Assembly: GCA_044376115.1 (NCBI GenBank)
Contig: JBILLK010000011.1
Coordinates: forward strand, 160,001 to 224,000
Direction of reading: 5' to 3'
DNA from: Polyangiaceae bacterium
GTDB taxonomy: Bacteria > Myxococcota_A > Polyangia > Polyangiales > Polyangiaceae
DNA: 64,000 nt
Part shown: positions 58,057-64,000 of the stretch, in pieces
Position numbering within the stretch: the first letter of the stretch is position 1
Layout of the letters: each line of letters begins with the position of its first letter
Notes under the pieces: model-generated
Databases searched by the model: none
What the model saw: only the letters and a program-made list of their open reading frames with translations
Told to the model about the DNA's origin: nothing
Position numbers and translations under genes: made by a program

Positions 58057-60342
58057 TCAGTGGCCAGCGTTGACGGCGCTTGGCCCGAGGGTTTCCGCGA
58101 GCTTTCGCGTGACGAGCTCAAATGCGTAGCGCCGCGCGTCGGTTGAGCGATAGCCGTGGCGTTCACCGGGATAGACGAACATCTCGAACGGCTTCTGCGC
58201 CTTGACGAGCGCATCCACGAGATCGGCCGTGTTTTGGAAATGCACGTTCTCGTCCATGAGCGCGTGAACGATCAGCAGCTTGCCCCGGAGCTTGTCCACA
58301 TTGGCCGCTAGCGTCGCTCGCTGATAGCCCGCTTCGTTCTCCTGGGGGGTTCCCATGTAGCGTTCGGTGTAGGCCGTGTCGTACAGGCGCCAGTCCGTGA
58401 CTGGAGAGCCCGCGATGCCGATGGTGAACGGTGAGCCTTCGCGAAGCAACGCATGCGCCGCGAGGAACCCGCCATAGGAGTGGCCGTAGATCGCGACGCG
58501 CTGCGGGTCGATCGGGTGCGTGCCGAGCACCTGCTCGAGCGCAGCGAACTGGTCCGCGAGCTCGACCTCCCCGAGTTTGCGATCGATCGCTTGCTCGAAA
58601 GCTGGTCCGCGGCCGCTCGAGCCGCGGTTGTCCACTTGCATGACGAAGAACCCGCGGTCGGCCAGGTGTTGCCAATGCAAGCGCGGCGACCAGCGATCCA
58701 TGACCGTCTGCACTCCCGGCCCGCCGTACACCATCACCACCAGGGGATACTTCTTTCCGGGCTCGATGGTGCGTGGCGCGAGCAGGGTTCCGTGCAGGAT
58801 CGGCAGCCCGGGACGATCGACGACGAACGGCTCGAAGGTGCGCAGCGCCAGTTCAGCAATGGCGGGATCTACAGGTATCTCGATCGGAAGAACCCGTTCG
58901 CCAACCCGCAACTCTGCCGACGGCGGTTGGGTTCGCGAGGAGTGCACGAGGGCCAAGTTCGCACCGGACTTGGAGAACACCGCGACGTTGGTTCCCGTGC
59001 CTTTGGACAGTCGCTTGCTTACTCCCGTCCGCCCATCCACCTCGAACACGGGGCGACCGATCGGCTCGCCTTCGGTTGAGGTGATGTAGACCTTGGCGTC
59101 GATCGACGATGTCCCGAGCAACTCGGTCACGTCGAAGTCGCCCCGGGTGAGTTGCGCGGGGACGGCTTTGCCGTTGGGGTCGAGCGCAAACAGGTGATCG
59201 TGTCCACCCTGTTCATCGACCGTGAAAATTTGCTTCGCGTCGCTGGACACCGCGAGATCCGCGAGCGGCAACCACCCGGCAGTGACCTCGCGGCTGTGGA
59301 TGGTACGTACCTCGATCTTCGGATTGAGATCGACGCGCAGAATTTGCCGTTTACGTTGCGAACGGGAGAGCGCCGAAAGCACGAACGATTGGGCGTCAAG
59401 GAACTGCAACCGGCCCAAGTAGCGTTCGCCTTCGGGCAAGGGGATCTTGGAACTCCGTTTGGTGGCGAGGTCGACGACGTGCAGCGAGACCTTCGGGTTG
59501 GCTTTGCCCGTCTCGGGGTACTTCTGTAGCTGCAGGCTCGGTTTGCCTTTGCGATGCCCGAGGACCGGCACTTCGGCGACTTCGCGCTCGTCTACCTCGA
59601 GGTAGACCAGCTTCTTGCAGTCCGGCGAAAAGAAGTGCCCCGAAGGTTCGTCGAACTCTTCTTGCGCGTTGAAGTCCGACTGTCCGCGCGTCACACCCGC
59701 CGGTGCTCCGCTGGTTAGTAAAGTTTCTCGCTTGCTTGCGACGTCGAGCAGCGCAAGTTCGCTTCCGACCGCATAGGCGACCTTGGAACCGTCCGCGCAG
59801 AGCTTTGGGTCGATCGCTTCAGCGCCGCCCTCCCGAAGAGCCGTGGTCTCGCCGTTCGTGTTGGCGAGGTAGAGCTCGCCCCCGAGTGGCACCAAAAGAA
59901 CATCCTTCTTGGCCGCCCATTGGTACTGCGTGATGCCCTTGATCCGTTTTCGTTGGCGCTCGTCGCGCAGCTCTTGGGCCAGGCTTTTCTCTCTGGGCCC
60001 CTGAAGTTGGGAGGCTCGCAGCAGCACCTGGCGCTGCCCCGTACTCAGGTCCACGCTGAAGAGCGACATCTCATCGCTGCCGGACTCACTGAAGAGATAA
60101 GTAAAGCGCGTTTCGTCGGGAGAGAAGGCCATGCTGCGAGGGATCTGCCAACCCGGCTCGGGGAACTTCGCCATCTCAGCGAAGCCAACTTTGGACGCTT
60201 CCACCGGAAGGAGCGGTGCTTGTTCGTCGGCAACTACGGCCGCCGGTGATGGGCAAGCGGGGGGCGGCGCAGACGGAATCGTGCTGCAAGAGGCCAACAA
60301 GAGCAGTGACGCGCAGAGCATTCGCATGGCGCCGCGGAGCAT
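58057..60342 (-). CDS. S9B dipeptidyl-peptidase IV-like lipoprotein
   Basis: Lipobox LAS-C, propeller region, VYGGP, DNRGS, GHSYGG, DENV and ERHG. Start at 60342 or 60327. Confidence 0.92.
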   Translation of the reverse strand: MLRGAMRMLCASLLLLASCSTIPSAPPPACPSPAAVVADEQAPLLPVEASKVGFAEMAKFPEPGWQIPRSMAFSPDETRFTYLFSESGSDEMSLFSVDLSTGQRQVLLRASQLQGPREKSLAQELRDERQRKRIKGITQYQWAAKKDVLLVPLGGELYLANTNGETTALREGGAEAIDPKLCADGSKVAYAVGSELALLDVASKRETLLTSGAPAGVTRGQSDFNAQEEFDEPSGHFFSPDCKKLVYLEVDEREVAEVPVLGHRKGKPSLQLQKYPETGKANPKVSLHVVDLATKRSSKIPLPEGERYLGRLQFLDAQSFVLSALSRSQRKRQILRVDLNPKIEVRTIHSREVTAGWLPLADLAVSSDAKQIFTVDEQGGHDHLFALDPNGKAVPAQLTRGDFDVTELLGTSSIDAKVYITSTEGEPIGRPVFEVDGRTGVSKRLSKGTGTNVAVFSKSGANLALVHSSRTQPPSAELRVGERVLPIEIPVDPAIAELALRTFEPFVVDRPGLPILHGTLLAPRTIEPGKKYPLVVMVYGGPGVQTVMDRWSPRLHWQHLADRGFFVMQVDNRGSSGRGPAFEQAIDRKLGEVELADQFAALEQVLGTHPIDPQRVAIYGHSYGGFLAAHALLREGSPFTIGIAGSPVTDWRLYDTAYTERYMGTPQENEAGYQRATLAANVDKLRGKLLIVHALMDENVHFQNTADLVDALVKAQKPFEMFVYPGERHGYRSTDARRYAFELVTRKLAETLGPSAVNAGH

Positions 60343-60415
60343 CCAACGAGCGCGGCCGAAACACCAGCGCAAGCCGCGCTTGTAGAACGGCACGTAGCTC
60401 AGCATCATCTTGGGG

Positions 60416-60835
60416 ATGGCCGAGCGTTCGATACACGGAGTCAACCACCTCGCGGTGCTCGTAAGCGATCTGCAACGAGCGGAGGCTTTCTACCTTGAAC
60501 TCCTGCAGCTCCCCTTGCTTCGACGCCACTTCGAACCCGATGGGCGCCATCGCTCGACCTGGGTCGCGCTCGACGCAACCGTCTTTCTCGCGCTGGAGCT
60601 GCTTCCCGACGCAGCGGAGGTGACAGCGGCGCGTACGGGGCATCACTGTGTTGCGCTTGCCATCGCGCGGGAGGACCGCATGCCCTGGCGCCAACGTCTC
60701 GAGGCTTCGGGCGTCGTGATTGAGCGAGAGACCGACTACACCTTCTACTTCCGCGATCCTGACGGTACGTTGCTGGCGCTTTCGCACTTTCCCGTGCCAC
60801 ACACGGCTCCACCTGCGGTGGAATCGCGCGGGTGA
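60416..60835 (+). CDS. VOC/glyoxalase family protein
   Basis: VNHLAVLVSDL..A..FY and FYFRDPDG. Confidence 0.88.
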   Translation: MAERSIHGVNHLAVLVSDLQRAEAFYLELLQLPLLRRHFEPDGRHRSTWVALDATVFLALELLPDAAEVTAARTGHHCVALAIAREDRMPWRQRLEASGVVIERETDYTFYFRDPDGTLLALSHFPVPHTAPPAVESRG

Positions 60836-60974
60836 ACACGCGCACGTCCAGTGGGGACACAGCGCCGTCCTGCGGTTAGGTACGAGTTGCTTACGTGGGT
60901 TCGCTCTCTTGCGATTGCGCCAGGCCGTATGTTTTCGTTACGGTGCCGAGTCACCAAGCTTTTTCCGAGGAAGA

Positions 60975-62444
60975 ATGACTGCACAACGAAGCCGTTGCCT
61001 CGCTTCAACCACGATTCTGAGCGCCGCTTTTGTACTTTCGGCGAATCTGTTCGCCCCCCGCGCGGCGCATGCGCAAGATGACAAGGTAGCTCGCGCTGCG
61101 ATCTTGGCGCGCGAGGCAGAAGACCTTCAACAGAAGGGGAACATCCCCGAAGCCTGCAACAAGCTCGAGGAGAGCCAAGTGCTCGATCCGCGTGGAGGAA
61201 CTCTGCTCGACCTAGCGCTCTGCCGCGACAAAGAAGGTCGCATCGGAACCGCCTTCAACCTGTTCGTCGAGGCTGAAAAGATCGCGATCGAAGAGAAGCG
61301 GAACGACCGCGTAACGACGGCCAAGGTCAAAAAGAACGAGCTCTTCTTGAAGCTACCACGCGTCACGGTGGTGGTACCTGCTGACGTCGTTGTCGAGGGC
61401 ATGGAGGTGCGTCTCGGGCACGCCAACGATCCACGGTCGCTCAAGCTCATTCCGCAGTCTGAGTGGGGCAAAGCGGTCGCCGCCGATCCGGGTGAACTCA
61501 AGTTGATGGTGTCTGCGCCCAAGAAAGCCACCTGGGAGTCGGTCTTCAAGATTGCCAAGGCGGAGCGCAAGTCCCTCACGGTTCCGGCTTTGGTCGAGGG
61601 CAGCGGCCCCGCGCCGCTCCCCGAGATCGTTCAACCGGCTCCGCCGCCGAACGTCACAGGTCCGGTCGCTCCGCCTCCTGTAGGTGAAGTGAAGCCGGTC
61701 GTGCCAACCACGCCGGCCAAGCACGAGTCCGGCCGGGTGGTGGTGGACATTGCCGCGTTGGTGGGTGGCCACCTCTCGCTCTTGAGTCGCGCTCCGTTGT
61801 CTGACATCAACGGCACCGAGTACATCTATCGCGGCGCTGAGCAGAGCGAGTTTCTCGCTTCGTGCGGCAACACCAGCGCAGTCCCCGGCGCGGGAAGCTG
61901 CGACGCAACCTTCGATCCGCAGATCGGATTGCTTGGCGGTGCGTCGCTCTTCTTGGGCTACGCAATCACCGACAAGATTCAGTTTGGCGGGCGCTTCTTC
62001 GGTGGCGTTCACTTTCCGCTCGGCTTCATGGCTTTGGGCGGGCCGAGCATCTCTTTCGCTGCGAGCGGCCCGCTCTGGCTTGGGGTCACGGCGCTCGTTG
62101 GCACCACGCAGATGGAGGCAGTCGTCACGGGCGGGAAGGGAGAGATCCCCGACTCGCTCGAAGCCGACAACGGCGGTGCTTCCGACATCGACATTCCTGT
62201 CGAGGATCTCGCTGGTCGCGCAAGTGAAGAGGAGCCGTTCAACATCGGTGGTGTTCGCGCCGGTGCGTTCGGTGGCTTCGAAGTTGGTGGCTCGTTCGAG
62301 GTATCGCTGATCTTGGTGGACAACCCCCAACACGATGGCAGCGGCGGCGCGCTCATGCTCAGCGCGTGGCCGATGGGCCTTTGGTCGCCCGGGCACGGCG
62401 CGGTGGTCAGCTTGCCGATCGGTTTCGGCTACCGCTTCTACTGA
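60975..62444 (+). CDS. Exported protein: TPR-like helices, PEGA-like domain, Pro linker and a possible C-terminal beta-barrel
   Basis: Signal AAHA-Q, AC.KLEES..LDP..GTLL.LA.C, and amphipathic strands ending GFGYRFY. Confidence 0.7.
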   Translation: MTAQRSRCLASTTILSAAFVLSANLFAPRAAHAQDDKVARAAILAREAEDLQQKGNIPEACNKLEESQVLDPRGGTLLDLALCRDKEGRIGTAFNLFVEAEKIAIEEKRNDRVTTAKVKKNELFLKLPRVTVVVPADVVVEGMEVRLGHANDPRSLKLIPQSEWGKAVAADPGELKLMVSAPKKATWESVFKIAKAERKSLTVPALVEGSGPAPLPEIVQPAPPPNVTGPVAPPPVGEVKPVVPTTPAKHESGRVVVDIAALVGGHLSLLSRAPLSDINGTEYIYRGAEQSEFLASCGNTSAVPGAGSCDATFDPQIGLLGGASLFLGYAITDKIQFGGRFFGGVHFPLGFMALGGPSISFAASGPLWLGVTALVGTTQMEAVVTGGKGEIPDSLEADNGGASDIDIPVEDLAGRASEEEPFNIGGVRAGAFGGFEVGGSFEVSLILVDNPQHDGSGGALMLSAWPMGLWSPGHGAVVSLPIGFGYRFY

Positions 62445-62478
62445 GCTGACGCGAGCGACATCCATACAGCGGACGATC

Positions 62479-63279
62479 TCAACGAAACAGAGATCGTCCG
62501 CTTCGTACGTAAAAGGAGCGAAGATGGGAGCCGCGCGAGAGTGGCCGTTCGCGATAGAGACGTAACGCGAAGGCACCCGCTGGGTGGCTGCGTGTATCGA
62601 GGATGCGCGCGCGGTCTTCGGGCGGAAGCATGTTGGGGGAGGGGAGCGGTACCGGGTGGTGAGGTGGCAGGACCGCGGGCGTCATCATCGCGGCGAAGGT
62701 CAGGTCGGCGGCGGTGAATTGGTCACCAAGCAGATAGGGCCTGCCATCGGCGAGCTGCGCGGCCACGTCGTCCAGGGTGGTTTGGATCACTTCCCGCGCC
62801 GCCGCTACCGCACTTGGATTCAGGCCCAAACGGCTCTCTGCAACGCGTTCAGCTGAGCCTCGCATCAACGAAAGCAAACGCCGCTCAAGCGCTGGTGCGC
62901 GCCCTGCGTTGAAGGGAAGGCTGAGATCGATGTTGCGGAAGAACCATTCGTACGCGACGAGGCGAGTGGCAACACCGAAGGCTCCGGCGAATCGATCCGA
63001 GAGCGCTTCAATCGCCTCACGAGGAAGTGAAGCGGGGAAAAGCGGCGCACCTCGCTCATCCGCGGCGTAGTGAACGATGTCCCGCGAGTCGGTCAGCACC
63101 CGGCCTTCAAGGCGCAGCACTGGAAGGGTCGTTCGACGCCCGTGGTAGTAGGCTGCTACCCACGAGAACATCTGCAGATGGTGGCGCTCGTCGTAGTCCA
63201 CGCCGGCCAGGTCGAGCGCCCAACGGGCCCGTTCTCCGTAATGGCTGATTGGAATCGTGACCAGAAGCGGCTTGCTCAT
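62479..63279 (-). CDS. Glutathione S-transferase family protein
   Basis: SHY.ERARWAL, TLPVL, DS..I and YLLGDQFTAADLTFA. Confidence 0.9.
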   Translation of the reverse strand: MSKPLLVTIPISHYGERARWALDLAGVDYDERHHLQMFSWVAAYYHGRRTTLPVLRLEGRVLTDSRDIVHYAADERGAPLFPASLPREAIEALSDRFAGAFGVATRLVAYEWFFRNIDLSLPFNAGRAPALERRLLSLMRGSAERVAESRLGLNPSAVAAAREVIQTTLDDVAAQLADGRPYLLGDQFTAADLTFAAMMTPAVLPPHHPVPLPSPNMLPPEDRARILDTRSHPAGAFALRLYRERPLSRGSHLRSFYVRSGRSLFR

Positions 63280-63401
63280 GGGCGGGTTTTAGCCTCATCC
63301 GCGCTCCGGAACGACCTTGCTTCTCACGCGCGAAGCTCGATTGAACGCCCCCTTTTTCCGCTGGAAGTTGGTGCGACGCTCAGCTAGCCTCCGATAGCTC
63401 A

Positions 63402-63571
63402 CGCTGAAAGCAGCGACGGTCTCTCTCGTCTCCAACCAGGGATTGGAAGGTCATCTTGCTCACGTGCGGCGCTACTGATTGTCAGAGCGCCGTTCCCTCC
63501 GAATCTCTGGCCGAGTTGGAAGGCAGGCAAAGACGCGAATCGTCGATTAGGCCGCTACCGAGAGTGACTCC
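63402..63571 (+). promoter_or_regulatory. Putative structured 5' leader of the RRM gene
   Basis: Several hairpins, plus 63419-63428 complementary (9 of 10) to 63559-63568 just before the ATG. Confidence 0.4.
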
Positions 63572-64000
63572 ATGAACACTGCGTCAACACGCCTATACGT
63601 TGGCAATCTGCCCTTCCACGCCACCGAGACCCTCGTTCGCGATGCTTTCGCGAAGGCCGGTGAAGTGACCGACGTGCATATCGTTTTGGACCGCGCGACC
63701 GGCCAGTCGCGTGGTTTCGGTTTCGTTACCATGGGGAGCGCTCAGGACGCAGCCAACGCCATCTCGCAGATGGACGGCGCGAACTTTGATGGTCGCAACC
63801 TGCGCGTTAACCCCGCTGAAGAGCGTCAGGGTGGCGGCGGTGGCGGCGGCGGCGGTCGTGGCCCCGGCGGCGGTGGCGGCGGCGGCGGTCGTGGCCCCGG
63901 CGGCGGTGGCGGTCGTGGCGGTGGCGGCGGTGGTCGTGGCGGTGGCGGCGGTGGCTATGGTGGCGGTGGTGGCGGTGGCGGCGGCTACGGCCGACGCTGA
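63572..64000 (+). CDS. RRM RNA-binding protein with a Gly/RGG-rich tail
   Basis: RNP2 LYVGNL and RNP1 RGFGFVTM. TGA at 63998-64000. Confidence 0.95.
   Translation: MNTASTRLYVGNLPFHATETLVRDAFAKAGEVTDVHIVLDRATGQSRGFGFVTMGSAQDAANAISQMDGANFDGRNLRVNPAEERQGGGGGGGGGRGPGGGGGGGGRGPGGGGGRGGGGGGRGGGGGGYGGGGGGGGGYGRR
63833..63898 (+). repeat. Perfect 33-bp tandem duplication encoding (GGGGGGGGRGP)x2
   Basis: 63833-63865 is identical to 63866-63898. Confidence 0.9.

Noticed and set aside
1..64000. CRISPR array, prophage, IS element or integrase
   Set aside because: I saw no spaced repeats and no cas, phage, transposase or recombinase motifs.
1..64000. Genome-wide TAG reassignment
   Set aside because: TAG ends many normal-length genes here (stops at 12749, 17337, 19251, 31196, 52204), so the codon at 56428 is a local event.

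Overview
A 64 kb, GC-rich and gene-dense bacterial chromosomal segment with about 52 CDS and one tRNA-Pro(TGG). The gene content suggests Myxococcota, probably Polyangiaceae/Sorangium-like (inference): Hanks-type Ser/Thr kinases, FHA and DUF4388-like proteins, a large sigma-54 activator, and many Cys-rich lipoproteins. Recognisable genes include nadD, kdd, kamD, kamE, an accC-like biotin carboxylase, xseA, metG, dedA, padR, a DPP-IV peptidase, a GST and an RRM protein. I saw no integrase, transposase, CRISPR array or rRNA. The most notable observations are: (1) a TPR-like sigma-54 activator coupled to a small lipoprotein, a candidate peptide-signalling pair; (2) a 1708-aa metzincin lipoprotein with a candidate sigma-54 promoter; (3) a split lysine-fermentation pathway with a PufC-like triheme cytochrome directly before kamDE; (4) an SDR whose YxxxK motif is replaced by FAAAS; (5) an in-frame TAG in the N-terminus of a B12 radical-SAM gene; (6) structured leaders upstream of metG and the RRM gene. 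All family calls come from recognising motifs by eye; no database searches or folding calculations were run.
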